Assembly: GCA_010093815.1 (NCBI GenBank)
Contig: ML996582.1
Reading direction: 5' to 3' (one strand)
Length of the DNA: 48,659 nucleotides
Source of the DNA: Pseudovirgaria hyperparasitica
Taxonomy: Eukaryota
Shown: positions 1 to 13,392 of the stretch, in pieces
Numbering within the stretch: position 1 is the first letter of the stretch
How the letters are laid out: each line of letters opens with the position of its first letter
Program-made: the position numbers and the translations under genes
Notes under the pieces: generated by a model
Database searches by the model: none
Told to the model about the DNA's origin: nothing
What the model saw: only the letters and a program-made list of their open reading frames with translations

Positions 1-1091
1 ATACTGGTCCCCGCACACTTGATGGCAGGCCAGCACCAGGATATGCTGGCGAGGCTACATCAATGCCTTCGTCGTCAGCCCGTGGCAAACAACCGCAGAA
101 GGGCGGCTTGAGAACACTGAAGGATATCCAGGGAGACAGTGGCCATAGCCATGATGACGAGGATGACGAAGATGATGATAAAGACCAAGACATGTTTGCC
201 GGAGGTGAGAAATCAGGTCTTGCGGTCCAAAACCCGGGGCAATCGAGCGATCCTCAAGCTCAGATTAGGGACATGCTCAAAAAGGCACAGAGGTATGCGG
301 TGCGACTCGTACTGTTAGTTAGGTATTGACAGCTCGACAGGAATGATCCACGACCTGGGGGCGAAGATACAGATCGGCCACGCCCACGTTTCACCGGCAC
401 AGGTCAAACTCTTGGTGGCGATGACACCCCAAGTCGAGTCGTTACACAAGCATCGCCTCAACGACCAGTAGTTGCGGCACCTGAACGACGTGACCTTCAC
501 ATCTGGAGAAACGGCTTCTCGGTGGATGACGGTCCACTCTATCGCTACGATGACCCAGCAAACGCCGGCTATCTAGAGATGATCAATCGAGGACAAGCCC
601 CTGTCCAATTAATGAACGCTCAACACGGACAAGAGTTGGACGTTCACCTCTCGATGCATAAAGAAGACGACTATGTGAAACCCAAGGCCAAATACAAGCC
701 CTTTGGAGGATCTGGACAGAGACTGGGAAGCCCCACGCCTGGTGCTTCAGGCCCAGCGGCGGCCACGAGCAGCGCTCCTCCACCGACTCAATCGACTACC
801 GCCACACCGCCTGGTAGCTCTGCGCCCATCATAGATGTTGACGAGGCACAACCAACGCTTGCTTTACAAATCCGGCTAGGTGATGGTACTCGCTTGCGAT
901 CGCGGTTCAACGCGAGTCACACCATTGGAGATGTCTATACGTTTGTTAACAGCGCAAGCCCAACCAGCGCTCAGCGTCCATGGGCTTTGATGACCACCTT
1001 CCCTAGCAAAGAGCTTTCAGACAAGACTCTCAAATTAGGTGACGTGGAGGATCTTAAGCGTGGTGGTGTTGTCGTCCAGAAGTGGACATAG
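1..1091 (+). CDS. SHP1: Shp1/Ubx1 (p47) Cdc48 cofactor with SEP and UBX domains; 5' end lies outside the window. Exons <1-292 and 341-1091
   Basis: Frame is open from the left edge (TGPRTLDGRPAP) and contains MFAGGEKSGLAVQNP. Intron 293-340 (GTATGC...TTGAC...CAG) joins in frame to RFTGTGQTLGG and the SEP domain (LHIWRNGFSVDDGPLY). SHP box FGGSGQRLGS and UBX domain (LQIRLGDGTRL...TTFPSKEL...GGVVVQKW) follow. Confidence 0.95.
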
Positions 1092-3141
1092 AGTATCGTT
1101 GTGGTTGGAACATCAAAATCCTGGGTGGCGCGCTGGACAACGCATTGTGGTATCTGGCCAGTTGCGAAGAAGCACTACCACCAACACCTTGTAAGAGTAT
1201 TTCCTCCAGCTGTATGGCTTGGGAATACACATAACAAGAGGCATATTAAAGCATATATAGACACATGGGACCAGTGATTCAGCAGATCCAATCTTAGACT
1301 GGAGCGATCAACAGTTCATGGCTTGAGCCCTCGGACCCATAACAATCGGTAAAATAAAGAATGTACTTCTGAACAATTGTGCTTTGACAACGCGCAGTGA
1401 TGGCAGTCTTGTTAGTCCAGTACAACGAATACTCTGACGGGCTGTCTCCTCGCGACGAATGCGCGTGATTATGTCAGTAGAGAGTGCCTAGTGTAGTAGT
1501 AGTAACAGATCCTTTGAATGGTTGACCAGTTCATAGCGCAACGTCAACACATGCGCTAGACAAGGATTGAGATAGGACTAAGATAGTTCGCTGGACAGCT
1601 CAGTCTGATCATTAATTATTAGTGGCTTCCATTCCAGATCGTGTTTCGCCTTTGCATAATGTCTGTACAACGGATAGCAAGAGCTGGAGGCAGGCTTGAT
1701 AGCAGATTCACCTGGGACTTTGTAAGATCTTGTGCAACAAATACTGCAGGCATCGCAATCGACGGAAACAATTTGAAACTTGAGCTTATCACAGGCTAGA
1801 ATGAACCGTTCTCACTCTCGCACAACCGATGGCAGCACGAAGCAGTTCGCGTCCAAGAAGGACCCCACACTGGATGGAGCTGAGCAAGCAATCAGGCACA
1901 ACGCCTATGTGTCCATATCGGTTACATCATGCACCTTAGATGAAATTAGATTCGAGTACCGTGCGAGAGATGAGCACATATGTATGTTACTGTTCAATGT
2001 TGCAACTACTAAGCCAGCTCGATTCAGACGGAAGGCAGAGGGAAGGGAAGAATGTTCCTGTGCCGCCTTTGCGAGGTGGTCGACGTATGCCCGCCACTGT
2101 GAATGCAGGATGTTGTAATATTATTCATAAATCTTCGATTTAATGCGACTCGATCTGTGCTGGCGAATCGAAGAGCAAGGGTATCGAGGTGAGGCCACAC
2201 TGCCCCAAAGATGGGAGAGACAAGGCCTCGAGGTTCATTTGTTGGCTGATTGCGCGGCTGTGGGGAATGGCTGGGCTAGCTGACGACAATGTTCGATGTT
2301 TAAGTCTTCCACCAGGGGGGCGGAAGAAGGCAGGGCTATACATTATCACAGACCAGTACGCGTTGATCTCTATTCCCCAGCTCAGCACTGCAGCTGTCAA
2401 CCTCGTCTGTCCAGACAGATGACAATAATTAACGGACAACCTCATGGAGTGTTAAATTGCTATAGAGTGAGTCCATGCATCCATCCATGGGCACGCAGAA
2501 CTCAGACCACCTGTTCATCCAGGAGCAGCCGGCGTCCCGAGCTGTCCCGTCGGACGATGCAACAGATGGCTTTCTATAGTTCATAAGCTGATAGGACGGC
2601 CCCATGGTGGTGACTGCGGATGTATGGCTCGGGCATCCGCACAATCCTTTTCGCGAGCGACGTCTCCTGTTTCTCGCTGCGTGCGTGACGTGCAATGTGT
2701 GTGTGCGTGTGCCCCTGACGCAAAAACGCAGTATTCAATGCTTTTAGGGGCTGGGCTGTCTCTAGTAGTCTAGTTGACAGATTTGAATGTTCCCGCTGCT
2801 GACTAGGGCGACACTGGTCCACAGTAATATGGCCGACGCCTCTCGCGTTTCACTCACCCGACTTCTTATCCTTCTTCCAGCTAACCACCTCTTTCTTTCT
2901 TTGCATTTTCTGTCCTTTCTTCCTTTGTTCCGCTTCATTGATGCTGTTAGGATCGCCTTCACATTGTTTGCCCTCTGCTGCCTTTTATTAGATGCTGGGC
3001 ATTCCCTGCTGCTCCGTCGTTCTCTACCTACCTTCTACCTCTACTTGGACATGTCCTATCTAGCCTGACTGACTACTATCGTACGTCCGATCTCTGGACC
3101 TATCTCGAAGCCCCTTTCGACACCTTCACAACCTCATCACC

Positions 3142-5361
3142 ATGTTGTTACGATTATCGCCGCGAAGAGTTGCACTGCTGGCGTTCCTTGCATGTACTGC
3201 GCTGTTCATCCTCCACCAACAGATACCCGGTGGATATCGATACGATCAGCTTCCCACCTTCAAAAGTCCCTTTAACCTACACAATTCAGCGCGTCCGAAA
3301 GCCCTCCTGCATCTCGCGTCAACAGAACCAATCCCCCCACGAATTACCAATAAACCTCTGCCCAGAGTCCAGGACCCAAAAGCATACATTCAACAGATTC
3401 TAAACTGGAACAGACCACAGCCTGATCCGTCGCACTGGCCCCCATACGAATTGTACAATGATCGTGACTATGACCCGAATCGATGGGAACAGTTCGAAGA
3501 AGATCAAGATTACTACAAAGACAATGGTGTGGAATTGGTAAAGGGGGACAATGGTGAAGGAGCACAACCCTACCTTCCATACGTAGACTACAATTCAGAT
3601 GAATGGCAGAAAAAGTGGAAGGGCGAGTACGTCGCATGTGACGGCCCCAGAGGACTACCACTCAACGAAAGTACCGACGACGTCGTAAAGGCCTATTCCA
3701 AGATTCCCGAAAACTTTCCACTCTCCTTCACAGGCTCAAATGAAGCACTCGGACTTGACTTTAATAAATGCTTTGAGCGCTACGATAGATATGGTCCTTA
3801 TGGATTTGGTGAAGATCATGAGGATGTACCTGGCTGGGATCGGCCGAAAATAGATGTCGACTGGTCTGAGACAAATTGGGGAGCCCTGCAAAATGAGTGT
3901 TTGGAGCGGAACAGGGCACGCTTTCCCTCAGATGCTCGAAAGATTTCAAAGCTACAAGAAGAGACCAGTCTTTCAGAGCTCGAGGCGCGGGCACCAAACC
4001 CACCATACGTCGTTCCATCTAATACGACATCGAAAGGTCCCGAGTACAAGCCTCGGACGGCGGTACTCATTCGTACTTGGACTGGGTACAAATATACGCC
4101 CAATGACATGCATGCAATCCGTTCCATGATTGCAGAACTAAACTTGCTTTCAGGTGGAGAATACCAGGTTTTTCTTTACGTACATGTCAAGAACAAGAAG
4201 TTGGACATCTACAACAACAAAGCCCTGCATGATCAGATTCTACGAGAAAATGTTCCCAAAGAGCTGCGTAGTATTGCTATTCTATGGAGCGAGAATGTTG
4301 GCAAGGAGTGGTATCCTCGAGTCGGCGACTGGCAGGTGTATTGGCAACAGTTCATGTGCTTGCAGCTCTTCTCGAAACAACATCCGGAATTTGAGTACAT
4401 CTGGAACTGGGAAACCGATGCTCGATATACGGGCCAACATTATCATTTTCTGGAACAGATGGCTAAGTTCGCAAAAAAGACACCGCGTAAATACCTCTGG
4501 GAGCGCAACAAACGGTTCTACATTCCAGCTGTTCACGGCACTTATGACGATTTTCTGAATAGCACCAATACTATCATCGAGACCCAATCGGCCGCGAAGA
4601 CGATACCACCTCCAGTATGGGGCCCGAGGCCACAACATCCTGATCAAAGGCCTATTGGTCCGCACCCGCCCCACAGCATTGCTGAGGATGATTACGAATG
4701 GGGCGTCGGTGAGGAAGCTGATCTTATCACACTACTTCCTATTTTTGACCCGCGACACACCATATGGCCTATGCGGAATCACATCTGGAACTTCGTTCCG
4801 GGTATCCGACCCATCTTTACGCCTCAGGACCCAGCCCATAATGGATTCGATCACCCAAAGTTCCAAGAAATTGAGCGCAAAGTCGTCATCAACACAGTCC
4901 TCCGTCTTAGTAAACGGCTCATAGAAGCCATGCATCTGGAGAATATGGCAGGGCGAAGCATGCAGGCCGAGATGTGGACGATTTCTACTGCTCTGCACCA
5001 TGGACTCAAAGCTGTGTACGCCCCACAACCAGTTTGGAGCGATCGCAAATGGATCCATCCTTACAGTGATCTAATTTTCAATGCCGGTAAAGACGGCATC
5101 TGGAGTGAAGAGCTGGACTCAGTTTACAACCCGGACCGCGAGTACAACTTCCAGAGCTGGAGTTGGTACTACCGTAGTAATTTCCCGCGTCGCTTGTATA
5201 GACGTTGGCTCGGTATGACGACGTTAATACATCCATGGGCAGAACCGGAACGGCAGGTGGACGCCGAAGAGGAGGAAGCCAAGCAAGGGAACGGACGAAT
5301 GTGTTTGCCCGGGATGTTGTTACACCCGGTGAAACAAATGTGGGAAGACCAACTTCGTTAA
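3142..5361 (+). CDS. DUF3405-family fungal protein with an N-terminal signal anchor, 739 aa, single exon
   Basis: Long ORF with a hydrophobic N-terminus (RRVALLAFLACTALFIL). Family motifs: RTAVLIRTW, ELNLLSGGEYQVF, WNWETDARYTG, WGVGEEADLITLLPIFDP, ALHHGLKAVYAPQP, RMCLPGMLLHPVK. Confidence 0.85.
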   Translation: MLLRLSPRRVALLAFLACTALFILHQQIPGGYRYDQLPTFKSPFNLHNSARPKALLHLASTEPIPPRITNKPLPRVQDPKAYIQQILNWNRPQPDPSHWPPYELYNDRDYDPNRWEQFEEDQDYYKDNGVELVKGDNGEGAQPYLPYVDYNSDEWQKKWKGEYVACDGPRGLPLNESTDDVVKAYSKIPENFPLSFTGSNEALGLDFNKCFERYDRYGPYGFGEDHEDVPGWDRPKIDVDWSETNWGALQNECLERNRARFPSDARKISKLQEETSLSELEARAPNPPYVVPSNTTSKGPEYKPRTAVLIRTWTGYKYTPNDMHAIRSMIAELNLLSGGEYQVFLYVHVKNKKLDIYNNKALHDQILRENVPKELRSIAILWSENVGKEWYPRVGDWQVYWQQFMCLQLFSKQHPEFEYIWNWETDARYTGQHYHFLEQMAKFAKKTPRKYLWERNKRFYIPAVHGTYDDFLNSTNTIIETQSAAKTIPPPVWGPRPQHPDQRPIGPHPPHSIAEDDYEWGVGEEADLITLLPIFDPRHTIWPMRNHIWNFVPGIRPIFTPQDPAHNGFDHPKFQEIERKVVINTVLRLSKRLIEAMHLENMAGRSMQAEMWTISTALHHGLKAVYAPQPVWSDRKWIHPYSDLIFNAGKDGIWSEELDSVYNPDREYNFQSWSWYYRSNFPRRLYRRWLGMTTLIHPWAEPERQVDAEEEEAKQGNGRMCLPGMLLHPVKQMWEDQLR

Positions 5362-6378
5362 GGCTAACCTTGACGCTGCCACGCTGACGTTAAATTCACG
5401 CAATGAAACGGTTTCGACTATTGCCGCTCTAAGCTCTTCATTCACCAAAGATCATATGTTTCACAGCCACACAAGCATTAGCCGGAGTTAACTTGAAAAC
5501 AGGGCATAAGGAGTATTGGGCTGGATATCAGATAGAAGATAGCGCTGAAGCCCTGCAGCACGCAACAGGTCACGCAGCGTGATTCGAAAATTTTGTTTAC
5601 TTTTAACTCGGAGACGGTCGTTTCCCGGAGATATATTCTTTGTATATAGGCATCAGATCTCATCGTACTACTCATTGGAAACAAATCGGCCCGCATTTTT
5701 TTGCGTGTAAATATCATATAGGGCAATCATGCCCGTTATCAATCGGCCAGGGCCATAATTTAACGAACGATTCTAACTAATTTAATCATGGTGTGCTGTG
5801 AACCGGCGTGACGACGTTCTGAAAGCCCTTCTTGTATTCTACAATGCAATCGTGCTGTGAGTCTCATGCTAGCATAAGAAGACAACTTACCCAGGCCCTT
5901 CAAGCTTGCAGGACAAAGCTCACGATTGCAATAACTCGAAACTTCTCCTGTTGAATCTGACTGGACCTCTAGTAGCTTTCTTTATGCAGCCAACATGACA
6001 CTGCGGGAAAGAGACATTAGGGCATGCGCCAGTCGATGTGACAAGGCTTTACATCTGTAGTAGCCTGCTGACGACTGGCAGGCCTCATCACGAGCTTCGT
6101 CACCGGCCGAGAGCAACAGACAAAGTGTAATACGAGGCATTTTAAAGACAGATCATTGGTCATTTCTGGTGCCCTGCGGCAATAACGGACATTTTGCCGC
6201 TCTAATACTGCTCCAAAACTGCTCCTTAGGATCGGCGTCTGAGCTCAACCCAGAACCCTGACCGCAGTGGCTTTGGCCTTTGCTACGTTTGCTTTATCAA
6301 CCTCGCCTCCTTCTATGGATCTCTCTCTTCCATCCTCCTAATTCTCCACATCAACTTATAACCTGCGCAAGCATCGCC

Positions 6379-9300
6379 ATGCTGCGCATTCCCGTACAGC
6401 GCGCCAGCAGCCGCATCCTTTGCGGTAGCTGTGGCGCTCGATCAAACTTCTCCACAGCAGCGAGAGCTTCAGCAACGTCATTGGTGTCGAAGAGACGATG
6501 CATAGCCCTGACTTCTCAATTGCAACAAGCTCGCCGCTATGCGATCGCCGCCGAAGACACAAACAAAGGAGTTGTATGTACAACATTCGTGCGCAGCTGT
6601 TAGCTCATCTAACTGAACGTCATCAGGATCCGAACGACTCCTTCCTTCAGGGAAATACAGCAAACTATGTCGATGAAATGTATATGCAATGGAAGCAAGA
6701 TCCTTCGAGCGTCCATATATCGTGGCAAGTATATTTCAGGAACATGGAAAATGGTGACATGCCAGTGTCACAAGCCTTTCAGCCTCCGCCCACCATAATG
6801 CCGGCCCTCCATGGAGGTACTGGACCACAGTTCTCTCCAGGCATGGGAATGCAGACTGGACAGGGCGATGATACCATGAACCATCTCAAAGTCCAACTTC
6901 TAGTTCGCGCTTATCAAGCCCGAGGTCATCACAAGGCTAATATCGATCCTCTGGGCATTCGTACAGAGGCGGAGCAGTTCGGATACAAACGACCGAAAGA
7001 GCTGGAACTGTCTCATTACAACTTCAAAGAATCGGATCTCGACCAGGAATTTGCGCTAGGTCCTGGTATTCTTCCGGCATTTAAGAACGAAAGCCGCGAA
7101 AAGATGAAGCTGAGGGATATCATTGCAGCTTGCGAGAGGCTTTACTGTGGTTCGTACGGCATAGAATACATTCACATTCCGGATAGAGAGCATTGCGATT
7201 GGTTGCGTGCCCGAGTGGAGATTGAGCAGCCCTACAAATATTCAGTCGACGAGAAGAGACGAATCCTAGATCGTCTAATTTGGGGCACTAGTTTCGAATC
7301 CTTTTTGGCCACAAAGTATCCCAACGACAAGCGCTTTGGTCTTGAAGGTGGAGAGAGTTTGATTCCTGGGATGAAAGCTCTTATTGACCGAAGTGTCGAC
7401 TATGGTGTTAAGGACATCGTCATTGGAATGCCTCATCGTGGTCGATTGAACGTTTTGAGTAATGTCGTTCGTAAGCCCAACGAATCTATCTTCAGCGAGT
7501 TCGCTGGCTCTGCCGATCCAGCCGACGAAGGTTCGGGCGATGTCAAGTACCATCTGGGAATGAACTTTGAACGACCCACGCCGTCTGGAAAGCGTGTCCA
7601 ACTCTCCCTGGTAGCCAACCCATCGCATCTGGAGGCTGAGGACCCAGTGGTTCTTGGCAAGACCCGAGCCATATTGCACTACAACAAGGACGAGAAGGAA
7701 GCCAAGACTGCCATGGGAGTACTACTGCACGGTGATGCTGCCTTTGCCGGCCAGGGTATCGTCTACGAGACGATGGGCTTCCACACTCTACCATCGTACC
7801 ATACTGGCGGTACTATCCATATCATCGTCAACAATCAGATTGGTTTTACTACTGATCCTCGCTTTTCTCGTTCCACTCCATACTGCTCAGACATCGCCAA
7901 GGCTATTGACGCACCTGTGTTTCATGTCAATGGCGACGATGTAGAGGCTCTTAACTTCGTTTGCCAGCTAGCTGCAGACTACCGTGCTGAGTTCAAGAAA
8001 GATGTTGTTATTGACATGGTCTGCTACCGTAAGCAGGGTCACAACGAGACCGACCAGCCGTTCTTTACTCAACCGCTCATGTATCAACGCATTGCAAAAC
8101 ACAAGCCCGCCCTAGACACTTATGAGAAGAAGCTTCTTGAGGAGAAGACCTTCACTAAGGAAGACATTGATGAGCACAAGGCTTGGGTATGGGGCATGCT
8201 GGAAGAAAGTTTTAACAGAAGCAAAGATTACACACCTACTGCGAAAGAGTGGCTTACATCTGCGTGGAACGGCTTCAAGTCACCAAAGGAGCTTGCTACT
8301 GAAGTACTGCCTCATCTACCTACTGCCGTCGATGAGAGCGTACTGAAGGAAATTGCTGCGAAGATTGGAGGTGCTCCTGAAGGTTTTGCTGTCCATCGCA
8401 ATCTCAAGCGTATCTTGGCAGGTCGTGCAAAGACAGTGACTGAAGGCAAAAACATTGATATGCCTACGGCTGAGGCACTCGCATTCGGTTCGCTTGTGCT
8501 AGATGGCCATCACGTACGAGTTTCTGGACAGGATGTAGAGCGTGGTACTTTCTCTCAGCGACATGCTGTACTGCACGACCAAGAGACAGAAAATACGCAC
8601 ACCCCACTGCAGAACTTGAGCGACGACCAAGCCACATTCGTCATTTCCAACTCCTCTTTGAGCGAGTTCGGTGTCCTCGGATTCGAGTATGGTTATTCTC
8701 TATCGTCACCAAATGCACTTGTCATGTGGGAGGCTCAATTCGGCGACTTTGCTAACAATGCACAATGTATCATCGATCAGTTCGTTGCATCAGGTGAAGT
8801 CAAATGGCTTCAGCGCAGCGGTTTGGTCATGAGTTTGCCTCACGGATACGATGGTCAAGGCCCAGAGCATTCTTCAGGTCGTATGGAACGATACCTCCAG
8901 CTATGTAACGAGGATCCGCGCATCTTCCCAGCCGAAGACAAAATCGTCCGTCAACACCAAGACTGCAATATGCAGATCGCGTACCTCACCAAGCCATCGA
9001 ACATGTTCCACATTCTTCGACGACAGATGAATCGCCAATTCCGCAAACGTAAGTTTCATAGTTGTATTGACTTTTCGCTCACCTACTGACTTAACACTAG
9101 CTCTCATCCTATTCTTCAGCAAGAATCTACTCCGCCACCCTATGGCCCGCTCGGATATCAGTGAATTCACCGGCGAGTCCGGCTTTCAATGGATCATCCC
9201 TGATCCTGCGCATGAGACCGGCGATATCGATGCGCACGACTCCATAAGTCGGGTCATTCTATGCTCTGGCCAAGTATACACTGCGCTTGCCAAACATCGT

Positions 9301-9642
9301 GAACAAGAGGGCCGCAAGGACATCGCAATTACCCGAATTGAGCAGCTACATCCGTTCCCATGGGAGCAGCTGAAGGAGAACCTTGACAGTTACCCGAACG
9401 CGAAGACCATTGTATGGGCCCAAGAGGAGCCGCTAAACGCCGGTGCATGGAGCTTCACTCAGCCAAGAATTGAGACGCTATTAAACCAGACGAAGTACCA
9501 CAACCGACGCCACGTCATGTATGCTGGAAGAAACCCCAGCGCCAGTGTGGCAACTGGTTTGAAGAGCGTGCATACAAGGGAGGAGAAGGAGCTGCTGGAG
9601 CATGCATTTAACGTTACACAAGACAAGCTCAAGGGCGAGTAA
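6379..9642 (+). CDS. KGD1: 2-oxoglutarate dehydrogenase E1, mitochondrial, ~1052 aa. Exons 6379-6573, 6627-9048, 9101-9642
   Basis: Arg/Ser-rich mitochondrial presequence in exon 1. Introns 6574-6626 (GTATGT..CTAAC..CAG) and 9049-9100 (GTAAGT..CTGAC..TAG) splice in frame. Motifs: [20 protein letters not shown], the TPP-binding [10 protein letters not shown]...[34 protein letters not shown]. Confidence 0.98.
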
Positions 9643-10276
9643 AAGTTAATGGAGATCATCATGTGTGTATATGTATTAATTTCTCGTGGGTTATGGTTAT
9701 CTCATTCTGTGTCAATGGGGATGGGATTTCCGAGTCGTCTTGAAAGCAAGGCGAAGATTTAACTTGAGATAAGTTTGAATGCATGTAGCATCAGTAGCGA
9801 CGTTTTTCAAAAATGGGTTTGTTCTAAGGCCTATGCGGGATGAAGATCTGATTCTTTGAGCACCCTTTTCATCAGACAATTTTGCGTGGATCTTGTACGT
9901 CGGGTATTGTGCATCATTTTAAATTATAGAGTACTAATTTAAACACTCCCCTTCGTCTCGAATATTTAGTACATACTAGTTAATTGAACACGAGCTTACA
10001 AGACCAAGAGGGCAGATGCATTGTTCGGCTCGGTACAGGGAGAAGCTGGCCCGTGCTCAAGCTAGGCATTTTCCGGCACAGGTGTCACTTTCGACCTCAG
10101 TTCTTGCTGAAGCTCTTCTCACTCGGTTACTTCACACGACGTCCATCTCCACTCTACGCCCCCGAAAAGGCTCCCATCAGCTCCATTGACTGCTACAGTA
10201 CAGTCAATTGGAGACGCCACACCCTTACCGATACGCATAATACCTCTTCAGAAACTGCTTCGACTCATCCGCGATA

Positions 10277-11418
10277 ATGATGCGCACAGGAGCTTGCCGC
10301 GGCTTGATGCGGGCAATCAAGCCCTCCACGTCCCATGCGACTCGATTGGCCTTCTCAGGCCCAGCCAACATGACACAAGCGTCCTCGAAGCTCTGTACAA
10401 TGGCCTTCAAGCGCCCGCAAGCCCTTGCAAAGCCAACAACGCATGCTCTGGCGCGTTACAAGTCTACGCTGAACGTTCAGGATCAGGAGCTAGAAAAGAG
10501 CCTTTTATATGAAGATATTCCATCCAACCCAGCGATCGTGGCCACGGACTCCTCAATCCACCCAGTCCTTGGTGAGGTTGGTGCACAAGAGCCGGAAAAG
10601 GACGTTGACATGATGGCCGGTGTGAAGTCTGATCTGGTTTGTGCCCCGCTTACCCAGGATGATATTGGTGAAGCATGCTCATGAGACCTCGCAGACTGTC
10701 ATCAAAGAGACCTTTTCCCTCGAGGCAGTTCCTAAGGAGGCTATAGCTGTCGGTCTTGCCGGAGTCATTCCCTACCTTGTCACCTCGCTATCGACAGTCT
10801 ATTGCGCAGCCGAGATCAATGCCAATGCCATTCACGGCTCCGGATACCTTATGTCTGGACAATCTGCAGACCTTCTGTTGCAAATTATTGAGCCGATGCA
10901 AATTGGATACGGCGCTGTGGTTCGTAGCTGATTCAACCATGTGTTCCGATAAACATTGACGTCCGACACAGATCATTTCCTTCCTCGGCGCTATTCATTG
11001 GGGTCTTGAATGGGCCAAGTACGGCGGCAGCCAGGGCTTTAAACGATATGCCATCGGCATCGTCGCTCCAGCTATTGCCTGGCCTACGATTATGCTCTCG
11101 CCCATCTTCGCCCTCTCAACCCAATTTCTTGCCTTTACCTACCTCTACTACGCAGACTCGCGCGCCTCCAAGCGCGGCTGGGCTCCAACATGGTACCCGG
11201 TCTACCGTTTCGTCCTGACCTTCATTGTTGGTGCCTCCATCATCATCACGCTGATCGGCAAGGGCCAGATCATCGAGGACCACCACTCCAGGCTACCCAA
11301 CCCCGTAGATCGTATCCGCGCATTCCGCGACAACTACATTGATGAGGCATCTGCCAACGAGGCCTCCAACAAGGAGGAGACGATCGAGAAGAACAAGGCG
11401 ATCAAAGAGGAAGAATAG
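10277..11418 (+). CDS. DUF3429-family membrane protein, probably mitochondrial, ~343 aa. Exons 10277-10636, 10695-10919, 10972-11418
   Basis: Basic presequence-like N-terminus. Introns 10637-10694 and 10920-10971 splice in phase 0 and rebuild the family motif YGAVIISFLGAIHWG. C-terminal APTWYPVYRFVLTFIVG also fits the family. Confidence 0.85.
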
Positions 11419-13392
11419 ACTTGGCGGCATCGTGCCATTGCCGGGTGGGGGAGTCCGTGAAAGAAAAGGGCTTTATTTTTTTTTACACGATAGATCGTTC
11501 GGGATTGCTACGTGCGTGAATGTATCAAGTCGATGAGAGTGTCGGATGTGCCGGGGGCGACTGTATATTGCACCAAACCTGTTCCTATGTCAAAACTTCT
11601 TTCTGTGAACCCAATTTCCTCGACGTGCTGTGCTAGCTTTCGCGACTGTCATCACACTAACTGTGGAAAACACCCATGCTTCCCAGGCGGAGAAGACGCA
11701 GTTCAATCCTCGTTCACCAAGTCGAGTATGGGCTTGTCAAAGCCCGTATCCTCCGAGTAAGATCTCGGAGTCATGTGTACATGCGAAAAGATCCATATGC
11801 GAAAATGATCAAGGTCCGGTATGGAATCCGATCGACACCCTTGGCGCAGAAATCCCATCATATCACATCGTATCGTGTGGAGATTCTGGGTGTAGGTAGA
11901 TTGGTTGTTTGGGTCGAGGGTATGTGAGGGTTGGTGCGTGGTGTGGTGGTGGGGGAGAGGGATGGTTTGGGTACTACGGTGGGATTGTGACGTTGCGTAT
12001 GTGTATATTTGTCGGTTTTGGCTGTTTTTTCTGTTGGGTTAGTGTATGGTAGTTGTGGGTTTTGAGGGTTTTTATGGGGCGTTAAGGGGGATGGGTTTAG
12101 TGGGTGATTGGTTGTGTTTTGTCACGACGTGTGCTCATCTGATGCGATTTGTCTAGGGTAAGACTTGCATCCGAGCACTACACTTGATAACTATTTGGAT
12201 CTACTAATATATTGCTAGCCGTATGCTTTTTGCTTTCCTGCGAAGTGTCACTTCGATCAGGGGCTAGCTACGAGGGGGTAGGTCTTTCTTATCTTGATAT
12301 GGAGACATGAAAGTCAAGTGGTCCTGAAGGGGGCTCTTCTGAAGGTATATACTGACTTCCGCCGTTTTGGAAGTTTACTCCGTATAGTAGACACTCTGCA
12401 GAATTGACTAATGAGAATACGGCAGTTGCAGAAATGCTGATTGCTGATTTCTTTATATTAGTGTGCATTATTAGACAAGAGTGTCAGTAGGACATGGTGT
12501 GGGGGACGGAGTTGAAGTTCAGGATTATACGACGACTAGAACAAGGCGGTAATAATGAAGTTGAAGTCTAACAGAAGAAGTTGCGCCTTGACTAAATTGG
12601 CTTATGGAGGCACAATCAGGTCGCCAGTGGACTTCCATTCACGTTTCTCGAAGCCAATATCTGCAGTATCACCCAGAATCTATATTCGATGCGGTATGAC
12701 ATCTAACATGCTACGAAACAGACAGTAGAATGTAGCTTAGTACAATAACGTGGGTACTTGCAAACGATCCGATCTGATCAGCCACAGAACAGAAGCATTG
12801 CGAATTGTGAGGGGCGCACGTAGATGCGTTGGGAGGTCCAGAAGACAACGGTATTGTGGCTTCTTGACACTGGCTGGATTACGATTCTGGTGATGACACG
12901 CTGGTTTCGCCTACTCGGTGTATATGCAGTCTGGAGTAGAAGAGAGGTTGAGGAAAGAAAAAAAATTATATGCTGGAGACGCACGATCGAAGCAATATAA
13001 GCGGTGTGTCCGCTCGTTTCGACAAAAGTGAAGAAGGCATGACGTTAAAACAAACATTTTATCGACAACAAACTTGTTGCTTAGCGCGTGGTGTATGCTC
13101 GGAGTCTGACAACGTGCAAGGGAAGCAGCATAGGGACCCAGTTCGCTCTTCCGCAGTCTTCCGCCCCTCGGGCTCCATCTCCATTTCTTACACCTTGTTC
13201 GACATTCCTTTTCCATGGTATGTGAGGAGATGTAAGTATCGCACAGCAGGCTGCTCTCATCTGAAAACGACGTTTTGATTCCCTGTCCTATCAATCTACT
13301 AACACTGATGCAAACGAATCGTTGTTAATGCGACGCTACAGAAAAGTCGAAACGCAGCAAACTCAAAAGATACGGTGGCATTACTGAACGCT

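Noticed and set aside
1780..3068. Several 70-110 aa ORFs, including a Leu/Phe-rich one at 2787-3068
   Set aside because: No motifs or codon bias. The last one reflects the pyrimidine-rich leader of the DUF3405 gene.
6498..6626. ORF-track start MHSPDF... for KGD1 (similarly the track starts at 522, 9067, 10641, 17632, 21634 and 41725)
   Set aside because: These are intron read-through or exon-internal starts; spliced models with canonical signals explain them.
11770..11860. Minus-strand GGGTGTC...ATACCGGACCTTGATC resembling part of a fungal TPP riboswitch
   Set aside because: Lacks the invariant CTGAGA segment and is not in an intron of a thiamine-related gene; KGD1 is distant and on the other strand.
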